Positions 28,819 to 42,841 of a stretch of 64,000 nt of DNA are shown piece after piece (position 1 is the first letter of the stretch; each line of letters begins with the position of its first letter). The DNA comes from Paramecium tetraurelia (taxonomy: Eukaryota). Position numbers and translations under genes: made by a program. The notes beneath the pieces were generated by a model. The model made no database searches and was not told where the DNA came from. It saw only the letters and a program-made list of their open reading frames with translations. The stretch lies in assembly GCA_000165425.1 (NCBI GenBank), contig CT868141.1, forward strand, positions 310,001 through 374,000, written 5' to 3'.

Positions 28819-28968
28819 CTTCTTTTGTTTATGTTCTGCAACTACTTAGTTTGATAGGGTTAATCTATCTCGACTGTATTATTTATATCATGAATTGAAT
28901 GGAATATTTTGCTGGGTTTTTGGGGGAGCTTAAATATTATTATTAATAATAATTATTATTGTCAATAA

Positions 28969-30808
28969 ATGGCTAATCCTCATATCCCAGTTGAATTTAA
29001 TAAAGATGATGATGAATTGAAATGTCACCCTTCCTAAAGTGGTTCCACAGCCACTCCTACACTCTTTGAGAATCCAAACAATTCTAAAGCTTTCTGTTCA
29101 CAGTTTTTTGAAGATCAATTACACTAAGATGGTACTCTCCCTATTCATTATTTAAGATGATGAATTTGACGAACTAAATCAGTAATTAAACTAAGTCTTG
29201 CTAAATGATTCCTTTAAACCTTCACTTACCTAAGCTTTTACAGCTGACATGTAAATTCAATTTTTAAAATGATTAGGTCATCATATCTTAGTCATGAGAA
29301 GTTGACAAAAAACTCTAGAAAGATGCAATAAGAATATTAGAATGCCACTTTGAGGGAGAAAGATTTTGTATTCAACACTTATATTAAAAATGATATTGAG
29401 AATTTTAGTTTGGATAAATACAGACATTACATACTTGAAAAAATCATTGAAGTTGGTATTTTTGGATTACTTATGGTTTAGGTCCACCCTCCCATAGAAA
29501 TCTCATTCTAAATAGAATTTATAATTAAATACATAAACTCATCAAAGATCTCTATGCTTGTAAGGTTATGCAAAAGGGTTTGGAAGTCATGGTATTAAAT
29601 CCACAAGATTCTATGGAATAATTGGAGAACTATCTTTCATTCATACATCAAGACAATATCTAAATGAAGAAAATCTATGTCGATAAGATTGCTAATCAGA
29701 TTATTCAAAAGAGTCTGGAAATCCTAGAAGGAAATAATCTATTGAAATTACTTTAGAATCTATCTAAATATGTATGAATATTCAATGACATTCCTAGATT
29801 CTCAGTAACAACAATGAAAAGTTCGAATTATCAACTGATCAATATGGATGTCTCATTGTCAATAAGATCATTGACATCTATCCAAAATAGTTCGATGCAT
29901 AGACTAAGTCGATCTGCAATAACATTATAGTTAGGGCTATCGAAAATTGTTCTTGTCTCACTAGGAGATAGTACGCCAACTATATTATCTAACAAATATT
30001 GGAGAAAGGACAGGAAGTCCATAAAAGATTGTTAATTGATCAATATCTTATTAAAGACTTTATTTCAATGTCTTTGGATAAGTATGGTAGCAATGTAGCA
30101 GAAAAGGCTATCATTTATGCAGGTCCATAGTGGAGATTGAAATTATGGGAAGAAGAAGTCTCTATTTCTGAAAGGTAGATATAAGTATAATATATCATTT
30201 CTAGTTCCTTTAAGAAATTGGTAAATGATCAATTTGCTAATTATCCAATATAAAGACTATTCGAGTACTTGGATCAACAACAAAGAAACGAGTTCATTGC
30301 TCTATTGAATAAGTTACATGGCAACAATCAGTTGAATAATCATGGTTAAATAGTTATGAAATTCGCTTAAGCCAATTATTCTATCAAAAGATACACTCAA
30401 AAGATTGTATAGTCGGAACTAAGCAAAAATAACAAGAATTAGGATAATAAAGGATAGAAGAATCAAAAGCAATCATAAAATCAATAGAGTCCCCCTTTGC
30501 AGATGCAACAATAATAGCAATCCTTATATCAATAGTAGATGTAATAGATGTTCTTACAACAACAATCACAATTCAAACAGTTTGATCAATAATAATATTA
30601 AGCTGCTGTTATGCAATAAATGCTTATCTTTTAATAGCAATAATAACAATTATTAACTTAAATGCCATAATTGTACAATTAGGACATGAATTATATGCCT
30701 TATCCAATTATGACATAAGAGTAATAGATGATGATGCTACGATGGATTCAACAGTAACAGCAACTTTGCAACGCAAATATTAAATTCCAAAATGGATAAT
30801 AAAAATGA
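28969..30808 (+). CDS. Pumilio/PUF RNA-binding protein with a Q-rich C-terminus
   Basis: PUF repeats SLDKYRHYILEK, LIKDLYACKVMQK, LSNKYWRKGQE-like, SLDKYGSNVAEK, VNDQFANYPIQR. Confidence 0.85.
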
Positions 30809-30873
30809 CAATCAAGTTAATGATAAATATATATATTATATTTATATATATATAATTATAATTTATTCCTGAA

Positions 30874-33094
30874 ATGGAAGACTTGTAAAAGATAATATAA
30901 AAATCTGGAACCAACTTATCACTTCTTGATCTAGAATTCAAGTAAAATAATAGTACTATATCAGACAAATCGAAAATTTGAAGGACGTGCTTCCATTGCT
31001 CGTCTAATTTAAGAATCTCAAAGAAGTAAGCAATCCATATAATTACAGTTAAATTTGCATGGGAATAGATTAAGACAATTGCCAGATGATTTGTCTCAAT
31101 TAAAGAATCTTGAAATATTAGATATCACCAATAATATGTTTGAAAATGTATTCTTTTGTTTTTAATTTAGTTACAATAAGTAGTTCATTCATTAAAAACT
31201 TTACCCTCATTAAATCATTTGGAAATAGCATTGAAATCTAAGGAGGAAGAAGAATTTATCATTGAAAATCTGCCTTAATTAGTGATGTTAAATCAATAAG
31301 CCATTAAAATAGAGGACCAATCTGAATAACAGAGTGATATGCAATCAGAGAGATCAGGAACAGGATTGGAAATAACATTACAATAAGAGGATCTGGAATA
31401 GATGGCTGTACTTAATATCTTAATCACATTAGATCCTTCATGACAGTATCAAAGAGTTGAGAAAGGAAGATGAAGAATCAGAAAAATAGATTTCGTCAGT
31501 TTTCGAGAATTCCGTAAAGACTATAATGAAGGAATTACAGACCAAGCTAGCCCAAAAATCACCTGAACATATAACAAATTTAACAATTCTAAAAGTTTTA
31601 CATTTATTTAAAATAGGCAAAATTTAATTTAACTGAAGTTTGCTTTTAATTGTTTATAAGATACTTTAAATTGACAGATAAAAAACTAGAATAGATTCTA
31701 ACCAAATTACATGATCAACATCAATAGATATTTACAGATATGTCTAACGTAATTATGAATGTCAGAGACAATCAATCAATTTAATCAATACAAAAGAAAT
31801 TACTAGAAACTAATTCAGGCTAATCGAATTAAGACAAGGGAACAGAATAAAGACTTAGATAAGAACTCTAAGAGTTGCAATAATACACAAGGGAAATTGA
31901 ATAAGAAAATAAGACTTACTTAGACTTACTAATTAAATTTGGAAAGGGGGAAAAGATTCAACTAAACTCTGTTCTGAATAATTTGTAAAAGACTGAAGTT
32001 TAAAACATGGATAATTCATCTCAACTTATACAATAGAATAATAATGACAAGGCCATAGCTCTAAATTTGATTAGACCACAATAGACCTAATATGCGTCTA
32101 TTCAAAGTAAGAATAATTAATTATAATCTAATGTCTTGGTTTAAGCACCTTAATTGGTTAAGATGTTGACTCTGAAACAATTCAAAGATTTAATAGTAGA
32201 AATATATGAGAGTAAATTGAAATTTGATTAAAAATGCTCTGATTCTCATTTACCAAGGGAAACTATGGAGCAGCATATGTACACATTTTTGAATTAGAAA
32301 TATGGATTGAAGAGTTTAATACTGGAGTGGGCCTCTTGCATCATTAATGCACTCAAAAGATATGGAAATGATGATAATGATGTGGCAGTGTTTGGTAAGA
32401 TTTTGAGGAATGAATGTGATGAGGAGTTTAGATTCGTATAGGGGTAGGTGAAGAATACAATTTTAGAGTTGTTGAAGGTAAGACTTTAAATCAATAATGG
32501 TAGATGTATTTGAGAGGGAAATTCCCATTAAAGACAAATGCTGATATCAAAGAAATGATGAATTAACGAGTTAATAGTTTCATATTCTAGGAAGAAGCTG
32601 AAGACATTATCAAGTATATGTATAATCAAGAGGATTCAGAGATAATCCTTAACAAATTGAAATAGTATTTTATATAGCCTGCAAAACATGTAGAGAAACG
32701 AATGACAAGGGAGGAGTAATTTTAAATAGTGAATGAGAAAGATAAATCTAAGATTGAATTTTCAATATTTTAGAAGGTTATTTTGGATTTTCAAATGAAA
32801 TCACATGAAAAGTACTTGTCAAAATTTATTTTGCATTTCAAACAACAAGATTAGGATTAAAATGGAATTATTGATGAGGTATTAATTATTTCTATGTAGA
32901 ATGAATTTCGATAATTGATTGCAGATTTGAATATGGGAACCAATGATTTTGATATCTAGAGATACTTGAATAAGATAGATCCTTACAATAATCAGTAAAT
33001 AACATTTTCATAATGTGTTCAATTGTTTTCTCAGGAATAGGCACCAGGAACGAATGTACCAATAATCTAGAAAATTTCAGTTGACAGTTTTTGA
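30874..33094 (+). CDS. LRR, coiled-coil, TSNAXIP1-like domain and EF-hand protein
   Basis: LNLHGNRLRQLP LRRs; LTLKQFKDLIVEIYESK...ETMEQHMYTFLNQKYGLKSL...VFGKILRNECDEEF; EF-like DQDQNGIIDE. Confidence 0.75.
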
Positions 33095-33288
33095 GTTATT
33101 TTTTAATATAATAAAATCATAACATTTAGTGCTGACTCTCCTTTATTGTAATCATTGAAGAACCTCAAGAAATCTCAATTAAAATACAGTTTAACATATT
33201 TATATATTATTATGATTATTAACAATACAAATATACTAATATTAGCATACTAATTTTTGCGCTTGTTATTGTTAATTTTTAAATTTAA

Positions 33289-34720
33289 ATGACACAAGAC
33301 ATATCAAAAGAAGTGCTAGCTCTTTCCATCCATGTTGCTGCAGCTGCTTCTTTAATCACTATCTAAACTCAATAGAGGATGATCTTAGTTACAAATAGTG
33401 TTTTAGAGAGTGTAGACTAAACTTTCAAGATTATCAATTCGATTATGATGTAATCATAAAAATAGTCTCATTTGGACGCAGTTATAGAGGAATTCGACGA
33501 TGATTGTGGAAAAGATTCAAAAACAAAAGAGTGTTATATCGATTAATAACTCAATGTTACTAACGACGAACAATTAGATTAAATTAGAATTGAAAATTAG
33601 ATGTGTTAAGAAAATTGTAATCCCAACTTGTCAATCAAGTCAACCAATTCTAGTTACTAAAGTGTTTAAAAATCAAAAACCATATACTAAATATTAGAGG
33701 AGAATCAACCTAACAAAAATCTCAAAGATGATACTCCAATCTAACCTTAGAAACAATCTCTTCTTTCTTATTAGTTATCCTAAATCAAAGTAGACAAGGT
33801 CAAAGAAGCCCAGGAATAAAAAGAACTCATGATCTTGATCGACCAAGTTGATCCCGAAGAATTAATTACAAAATTGAAATCCTTAGAGATGATTTCTACT
33901 TACCCTTAAGAAAATCAAAATCAATTGGAGTCAGTTATAAACATAAGTGAACCACTAATTGTTTTAAATGTTGAAGAGTGTTAAAGATAAAATAAAACAT
34001 CTCCAAAAAAATCAGAATGGTATGATAGTTCTTCAGTTGAATACAAAGCTACATCATATAATACAAATGAGTCTTCTAATTTGGACCATCATTCTTATAA
34101 ATGGAAAAGCAGTAGTATTGAGGATGAAAATTTATTGCAAGATTGTGAATTTTAATTTTAATCCTCAGTATTTGATTTTCCATTTCCAGAAGACTTCTGT
34201 ACTAATAGTATAAATGTGTAATAGAATTTTCAACAATTAGAAAATTAAAACTAATTTACGCCTAAGAAGAAGAGACTCTACTGCAATAATAAGAAGGTTC
34301 CTCATTGGGCTGAAAACTTATAGGTATAATTTTAGTGAATATTTTTAGAAAGTTTAACAATATTAATCCTAATAATATCTATTACCTCATCATTAAATCT
34401 TTGGTAAGATGAAGAACAGAGTGTTAGAGATTGCCAAGTAGTTTTCAGAGAGCAGATACTAAAGAAGGGGAAGTTCAGCCTAATGGCACATTCCTAATAA
34501 GACTTTTGAGATGATGCAATAATAGATGAAAAAACTATAGCAAATATAAGATGAAAATATATAAAAACTGTAGCAACATCAAATAGATGTAATTATATGG
34601 AAATTATTATAGTCTGCTTAAAAAAATTAAGGCTTATTGGCCAAAACATAATATTTTTTAACTAGTATCAAAAAAAAGATCCTCAATTCATTTGAGAAAG
34701 ATTCAAAATATAAAAAATGA
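33289..34720 (+). CDS. INCENP-like protein with an Aurora-binding IN-box
   Basis: KVPHWAE...QIFG...FSESRYQRRGSSAQW matches the IN-box pattern. Confidence 0.65.
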
Positions 34721-34822
34721 ATTAATTAAAATTTATTATTTGTTGAATCATATCCAATACTTGTCTACTTTCCAAAGAATTATTTTTCATTAAATTTTGA
34801 ATATAAATAATAAAAATTATAT

Positions 34823-36055
34823 ATGTTCAATTTTAAACCAAAGTTAGAGAAATATTATTAATTTTAGATATTATAATTCTCAGGAAAAGAAAAAATTTGA
34901 ACAACTATTTGAAGCTTACTTTGACCCAGCGAACTAATATAAAACATCAAGCTATTTATCAATATTAAAGAAGTATTACTAAGTCATTATATATTTAAGA
35001 AATAAATAAATTAGATTTCTTACAAAGGCCTTTATATTTACTTTTCCTTTGGTATTTGGATTGTATTTGTTACCAGGTAATTAATTTATGATACAAATTC
35101 AAATTAAAAAGGTTGTAAGAAGATCGATTGTCGAATTTTACAAATTTATTTATGATTATTCTGATTTATCATAGTAAGTATTAAATTATAAAAGTTTTAA
35201 GCAAATCAACATGTTCGCAACAATATATATTGGCTTTGAATTAATAATATATGTATTTTGAGGAATAAGAAATAAAAAATGAAGGGTTGTTCGAGAATAT
35301 AATTAAATAATACATATTTATATTGAATGGTATAAAATATGATTAATGTAATAAGATAATCAAGATTAATTGGAGTTTGTATTACTACATTTGGATGAGC
35401 TTTTATTAAAGGTGTTGGAGAGAAACCGATATCATTATTTTATTGAGAATTCCACTATTTTGATAGATCTATTAGATATCATAACTAGAAGATTACCAGA
35501 TTTAGATGTCTCCCAATTATAATATAAATATTAATTTGAACTGCAAAAGCTATAGTCAATAACGACTTTACTTTGCGCCTTGTTTCAATACTGTTTAAAG
35601 TAGGATGAAAGAATAGAAGTATATTAATATGGAGTGGGCATCTTAAAGAAGAATGTTGTGATGGCAAAGCTGTTGTAGTAGCAATTCAATTTGTTGTTAC
35701 CAATAATCTATAAGGATTTAGCAAGTCAGGGAGATTAGATAAATTTAAGCACAATTTAGTTTTTGATTGAATTTTAAAATAGTTTAAGTATAAAATGGTT
35801 TAATATAAAGAGAGCAGCAATTTGTTTGATTAGCTATTGAAGGATCAGTTATTTTCAAACTTAATAAGTGTGTTGGATAGAAAATCTCCATAGTTTAGAG
35901 AGGAGTTCTTGAAATTTTTGGGGATGGTGAAGGAGAATAAGGAGGTTTGTTATTTGATGAAAGAGACGAAGATTTATGAGGAGGAGAGATAAAGATTGAA
36001 GAGTTTAAAAGTAAATAAAGAGTTATAGATGATTATAAAATAATTGATATAATGA
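34823..36055 (+). CDS. Hypothetical helical protein
   Basis: Code-6 frame with several tiny introns, ending ELQMIIKQLIQ*. Exon model only partly verified. Confidence 0.55.
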
Positions 36056-36060
36056 TTAAT

Positions 36061-37039
36061 ATGTCTGATATGGTTTAAACATTTTCAATTCATTCAAATA
36101 AGCATCGGAGGTTGACATAATGTAATTAACTTAGTACCTAGAAGTAGTAGAAGGGATTATTGATGAAGGGAGTCACAATTCGTAATAACATGAATCTTAA
36201 GTTATGGTTAAATGAAGTAATGAACAGGAAGGAGATTGACTTGAAATTGGGGAAATTAAATATCTATTCTCAAAGACATGACAAATAGTCGAAATATCAC
36301 AATGATCTCATATTGCCTAGCATATTTCGGGATGTGGAGGACAGTCAAATGTTTCCCATGATTTGTTTTCAAAAAAGTACAGATTATTAATTTTAAAAGG
36401 AACCTGCAGATAATTGATGAGAGAAAGTAAAATTTTGATAATACTTTAGTCAGATTTGAAGAAAATGTGACATCATTGTTACCAAGTGATAAAAGGAATT
36501 CTATCTTATACGGATTACTAAAGGAATTGATTTATGAAATAGAGTTTCGAGAATAAAACATTTTGATATGCCAACATAGGATTACTAAAGTGTTTTATAT
36601 ATACTTCACAGATTGTTTGATCTGTCCAATATCCAAGTGTTGTTATACATCTGTGGTTTTTGTATTGGGATAGATATTTGGAGGTTAAATAAGATGCAAT
36701 AATGAGAACTGTCCAATCCAGATTCTAGTAACTTTTGATATACAAGAAGAACTCTTATGGAAAAAAAACCAGGTTGATTTAAGTAATAGGTTTTCGAAAT
36801 ATATAATAAGTGGGAAATTTAGAACTAACAGTCTAAAAACATCGATTTAGCCTACAGATGTTTCAAAGTCCAATCAACAATACAATCTAAATATAAATAG
36901 TCAAATCAGTCAAACCGAAAGAGTTCAAAGTAAAGTAAATCTATCTCAATAAAGTAATTACGAAAAATAAAGAAGATAAAAGTAAAGTTAACATAAGAAT
37001 GGGTTTCACAGTGACTATTAAAATATATGTTTAAAATGA
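36061..37039 (+). CDS. Hypothetical protein
   Basis: MSDMVQTFSIHSNKH...; three 20-23 nt introns restore the frame; ends QNICLK*. Confidence 0.55.
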
Positions 37040-37052
37040 AAATATTATTGTT

Positions 37053-37740
37053 TCATCTAGCGTAAACTGATAGGTTAGTTAATGCTCTGTATTAGGATTC
37101 TCGTAAACTTAAGTTTTGAAATCTCTCCCATAAACGAGTTTGCTTTTCTCCGAAAGAATCTTCTTCAAAGAAATAGGCATAGGCGGCAATCAGTTGCATG
37201 AAAGAATATATGATGACATAGGCGTACTTATTTCAATTATGATATCAAGAAATACTTTTGCAAATTATGAAATCTTGTGTCCAAAGCCCTCACAATCATA
37301 TATAAAGCCCAAAATTTTCTTTGGTCATATTTCAAAAAGGACAACGAAATCATTCCACCCAATAAGCCACAATAAAATGCATAGTTAGGAGAATCCTATT
37401 CGTATTTATTTCTCAGTAAACAATGCAAACCTATTTGTAAATCAATCAGAAACCTTTCGTAATCAGAGTATATGAGGATAAGAACAAACAAAACTTAATA
37501 TTATCTTTAGAGATCAATATTTTCGGGATCTATTTTAACTTATTCTTCTTGAATTTAACTAAGATTTAAAGCAGGGACAATGCAGTCCTCAAAACATAAG
37601 CATATTTAAATGTTTGTAAACCTTGAATAGAGACGTGTTCAAAGCATGAACAACTACTATAACATTCCATAATACCCATGTTGACAATGCTATGATTTGG
37701 CTAACAATGCCTATATAAATCGATCAATTCTAAAATTCAT
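37053..37740 (-). CDS. TMEM135/PXMP4-like membrane protein
   Basis: CQHGCSCFEH...TFKYAYVLR; FCLFLSSY; AFYCGLLGG; WALYMIVRALD. Confidence 0.65.
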
Positions 37741-38108
37741 TATATAAAATTATAATCTTTTATCATCTATTATAAGTATAAAAGTAATATTTAACAAGTT
37801 AAAAAGTATATCAAGAAGAAAACGCATTCCTAATTTAATATAATTTTTAATATCTCTACAATTTGAATATTTCATAAAGTTATCCTATAAGAATATAAAC
37901 TTTTCTATTGAATATTTAAAAATGGAGGAGAGAATATCTAATATAATTAAATACTATGTAAGATATCTAATTAAAAAATATTGAAACTTCCATTTTAAGT
38001 ATAAGAAATACTATTAGAAATAATTTATTTCTATTTCCAAATAGATTTATATGTATTGTTGCTAAAATGATGTCTAAATAATAGTCAATAAAATCAATAT
38101 TATAATTA

Positions 38109-39656
38109 TCAAAAGTTCTAAATTATTCTATCGAGCATTTCCTCTAAGTCTTAGTTTAATCTACTAGCCAGCTATTCAACTGCATTAATAAATTGAAAGA
38201 AATCCATTTAATTATTATTGTAAGATTTCAATAGGATTTTTCGATATAGTAAATCATAGTCATGTTTCAGAAATGTTTATGATGTCATTGATGGAAAATT
38301 CGACAATTTCTAGAATTTAGAAGAAGTCAGGTATTCTTGAAATTTGTATCCAGACAAGAAACCATAAATTTGCATCATCTTCGAGATTACAGTTTCTGTC
38401 GTATCCACTTCTAATTTCCTATAACTCTCAAATCCTGGTAGTTCTTCTTAAGTTTCTTTAGGAATCATCGCCAATTTTATCGCATCTCCCATAACTAACT
38501 CTTTAACATAACTGTCGATGTAGGATTCTTCAAATACGGATTTTCCATTTGCTCCATAGACTTCATGTTCAATTTGTAAACTTGGATTAGAATTAACTTC
38601 CAATAGCCATGGCTTGCCTTTCTCATCGAGTAAAATATCGAATCCCAAGACTTAAAAGCATTTGACTTCAGCGACTCTTTTTTGAAAGACTAATTTTTGA
38701 TTGAATGCAAGAAATGGATGGAGACTTTTTAGATATGCAACGACTAAACTATCAATTTGATCTTCCACATCTTAATTATTGTATCCTAAGATTTCTAAGT
38801 TTTTTTAGATTGATGAGTAAGTTCTTTTGGTTCCCTCATTGATATCCAATATATTCTTGCCATTGTAGACCTAGAAGTTGGTATTTCTTTTATTGAGAGA
38901 ATAGTTGGTTAGATGCATAAAAGGATTCCTGAGATTCTTATCATTTGGTTTTTCGTAATCGACAGTGCAAAATCTAGCCAATCCTTCTTTGTTGATGTAG
39001 CATAAGTAGGGATCAAGAGATGTGATGAGCACATACAATCTTAAATCGAATTTCTTTTTATCTATCAATAGAGGTTTGGAGATATATTATTAGATAACCA
39101 TACTCTCATTGGTTTTGATGTCTTTTAACTTCTTTATCAAATAAATTCCATCCCCTTGCGACCCTGCATCTGGTTTAGCTATGTAAGTTCGAGTGCTTTT
39201 ATATTCCTACTAAAATTTATCAATATCATCGGGTATAATGTAAGTTTTAGGAAAGAACTCGTATTCTTCTGGAAAGTACTCTGCAAATTTATTCAGATAA
39301 AAGGAGGATTAAGTCTTATGAGCCAATAAATCCATTCCTGCAAACCGATTAACATATTAAGTGAAATATTCTTCAAGATTTTGGTATTTAAATGGTAATC
39401 CGAGCCAACACACATCGCCATCATTAAATACCTCCTTCCAATTATTTTTGGCAATAACTTTACGTATTAATCTGGTCTCACCTCTGCAATTAGTGGTGTT
39501 CACCTTTATGGATTTCTACTTTTTATACTTGCTCTGCTATTATTAAAAACTAACATAGCTGGTTTTGAACTCATCGACTTCTTATTCAGTAATGGTTTAG
39601 AGATCATCGTTGTTGTTATTCCATTACGAGATATCATTAGTTTATTATTATTACAT
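38109..39656 (-). CDS. Tubulin-tyrosine-ligase-like polyglutamylase (TTLL11/6/7-like), intronless
   Basis: [58 protein letters not shown]...[11 protein letters not shown]. Confidence 0.93.
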
Positions 39657-39678
39657 AATGATGGGATTAATTTAATTA

Positions 39679-41604
39679 ATGCAATTAGTTAATAGTAAGA
39701 AATCGATTATAAAGGAGCAGGAACAAGAATCTGATAAATAACGATAGATAGGAGACTATTTGTTAGGTTGATGTTTAGGTTTACAGTAGTTAAAACTCTG
39801 GGATTGGGTACATTTGGGTTAGTCAAATTGGCGATTCATTAAATAACTTAAGAGAAGGTTGCAATTAAAATTCTGGAGAAGTCAAAGATAATAGATGTGG
39901 CTGACGTGGAGAGAGTCTCTAGGGAAATACACATTTTGAAATTGATTCGACACAAACATGTGATTCAATTGTATGAGGTATTGAATGTATAAATACACCA
40001 AGATCATTGAAACGAAGAGGTATATATTTTTGGTAATGGAATTCTGTGATGGCGGTGAATTATTTGATTACATAGTGAAACATTAGAAGTAAGATTTTGA
40101 ATCATTTATAAAGACTCTCTGAGATGGAAGCATGCAAGTTTATTTAGGAGTTGATATCTGGGATTGAATATATCCATAAATTGAACATAGTTCATAGAGA
40201 TTTGAAGCCAGAAAATTTGTTATTAGATTATCAAAAGAGCTTGAAGATTGTAGACTTTGGATTAAGTAATACGTATAAACAGGGGGAACAATTAAAGACT
40301 GCATGTGGTAGTCCATGTTATGCAGCACCTGAAATGATACAAGGGAACAAGTATGATTCCTTATTAGTTGACATATGGTCATGTGGAGTAATCTTATTTG
40401 CATCTATTTGTGGCTATTTACCATTTGAAGATGCCAACACTTCAGCCTTATATAAGAAGATTTTACATGGAGAGTATCAAGTTCCTAATTTTATATCTCC
40501 AGAAGGCATCAATTTTCTCAAGGGAATCTTGAATATCAATCCAGAAAAAAGGTTCAATTTAGAGTAAATAAAATCACACCCATGGTTTAAATTGTTTAGG
40601 AGATCACATTCTATTCCTCCAGGGATCATTATTGGATATCATAGGATTCCCATCGATAACAATATTGTACAACAATTAAAGGAACTCGGATTTGATGAGG
40701 ATTTTGTTAGAATATGTTTGGATGCAAATAAATAAAACAAAGTAACAACCTCCTACTTTTTATTGATGAAGAGACATTTGATGAATGGAGGAATATCAAC
40801 AGCTGATATCAATTCTGTTTATTTTGATTCTAAATTGATTGATCCAGTCCAAAGGGTGTAAAAAGGTAAGCAATTCTATGCATTCTATGTAGATCCAGTT
40901 CCAGGGTTCTTGGATGAATCTATGCTCAAAACTTTGAATTCGAACAGGTCTCAAACGAATCAAAGTCAAAGTCGCAAAAACAAAAAAGCGTATACTCAAT
41001 AAAACAGAGGTCATTATTATTTATAGGAGGAGAAGTTCAATAGATTGATTCAACTAAAATAGTCATATCGACAGGATAGTTTGGACTCGGACTAAGAATA
41101 GAGTAAATCGTTTTCTTAGAATGTGTCGTAAAATGTCAAGAAATCAAAAGTTAGGACTGAATCAAATTATAATGCAGACTCCTTATTAAATTAGACAACA
41201 ATGTTTGCTGGTAAAAGGTAATCGATTTCACCTGCTAATGCCAATCTTATATTGTAATACATTAGTAATTATTAACTCTATCATCAGAACAATAAAAAAA
41301 ACTAACTCCTACTTCCCATAGAAATTCGCATTAACAAAAGTAAAATATTTTCTCTTTGAATTACTAAAGAAACGTTTAGACTATTTATGATCCTGATGGT
41401 CTGAAAATTGTTAATTCAAGTAAACAATAACCCAATGATCAAAAGAGAAGTCTTAATTATTCATGGATGCCCTCAACCTAAACCAATCCCTATTAATTAT
41501 TTCTACAATCCAAATCTAAAAGAGGATCCAATGATTTGAGTGCTCCTCATTCAACCAAGTGTGCAAACAATCCAAAAGGTAGGTCAATCTTCATGCAGTT
41601 TTGA
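39679..41604 (+). CDS. SNF1/AMPK-related (CAMKL) kinase
   Basis: GLGTFG; VAIKILEK; HRDLKPEN; LKTACGSPCYAAPE; UBA-like region after the kinase domain. Confidence 0.93.
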
Positions 41605-41630
41605 TTATATATATCAATAATTTTATTAAA

Positions 41631-42779
41631 ATGAATTTCTTTATGAATCTCTTCGGATAAGGCTCCTCAGGGCCACAACCAGAGAGCTATGAAATCAATG
41701 GCTAGGAATATCATGAGTTGAATTTAATTGCTGAAGGAGGTTACGGCTTTATTTGGAGAGCAATCGAAACCAAAACCAGGAAATTTTGCGTTATTAAGAA
41801 AATTATTTGTCAAAGCAAAGAGGCAATCGAATAAGCCTAATTGGAATTGGACCTACATGTAATTCATAATCATTCATATCAAATCTAGAGAAAACTCCAA
41901 CATCCCAATATCGTCAAATGCTACAACGGAGTTATCAAATTTAATAAGAAATTAAATCAGACCATTGCATACATGGTATTGGAATTGTGTGAAGGAGGAA
42001 CATTAATTGATTTACTGAAAAGGTACAATGAAAAAAGGTTGAGTGAATAATAAGTCCTCCTAGTGTTAAAAGTTATTTTTCACTTTATCATAGTAATTAG
42101 TATAAGCAATCAAATATCTTCATACCTAACAACCTCCAATTACTCATAGAGATTTGAAAGTGGAAAATGTGTTATTGCATAATAAAGTATTCAAAATTTG
42201 TGATTTCGGTTCTGCAAGCACTGAAAATATTGATTTGAAGTATTGGTATGATCTAAAAATAGCCAATCGAATAAACATCAGATTTCTCAGTATGAAGAGA
42301 ATTTCGCCAAATAGACTACAGAAATATATAGACCTCCTGAGATGACTGATTTATATTTAAAGTATGAAATCAATGAAAAAGTTGATATCTGGATGCTCGG
42401 ATGCATTCTATATACAATGTGCTTTTACAATCCACCCTTTTAGGAATCTTCAAAACTGGCTATTGTTGAAGCCTCCTATGTCATTCCAAAGGAAAATAAA
42501 GTATTCATTACAAATTGAATGTATTAGTATTCTAATAAGATGATTAATTTGATTGGGATTATGCTTCAACCAAACCCAAAGGACAGGGCCTCCATCTTTT
42601 AAATAGAAGATATATTGAAGAATTACGACACCTTGACATAGATAGTAATAAATAACATCAATGATTAGGATAGCAAAAATTAATAAGAGGATGACTTTGG
42701 TGAATTCTAATCAGGAGATTAAAAAACATAGGAATAATAACAATAAAAGACTGTTTAATATGATGATTCATTAATTTGA
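41631..42779 (+). CDS. NAK-family kinase (AAK1/GAK/BMP2K-like)
   Basis: [38 protein letters not shown]-terminal DDFGEF adaptor-binding-type motif. Confidence 0.9.
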
Positions 42780-42841
42780 TATTGTGTACATTTGATGTGT
42801 ATTTCTAATAAACTATTTGAATTTCATTTATTATTATTAAA

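Noticed and set aside
28911..28930. Telomeric repeat or telomerase RNA template
   Set aside because: No tandem TT(T/G)GGG units and no match to a CAACCCCAA-type template.
36560..36760. Degenerate HATPase_c-like tail (YICGFVLGQIFGGQI)
   Set aside because: No H, N or G boxes found. The resemblance is too weak.
39622..39624. ATG as the TTLL start
   Set aside because: It is out of frame. The in-frame ATG is at 39656.
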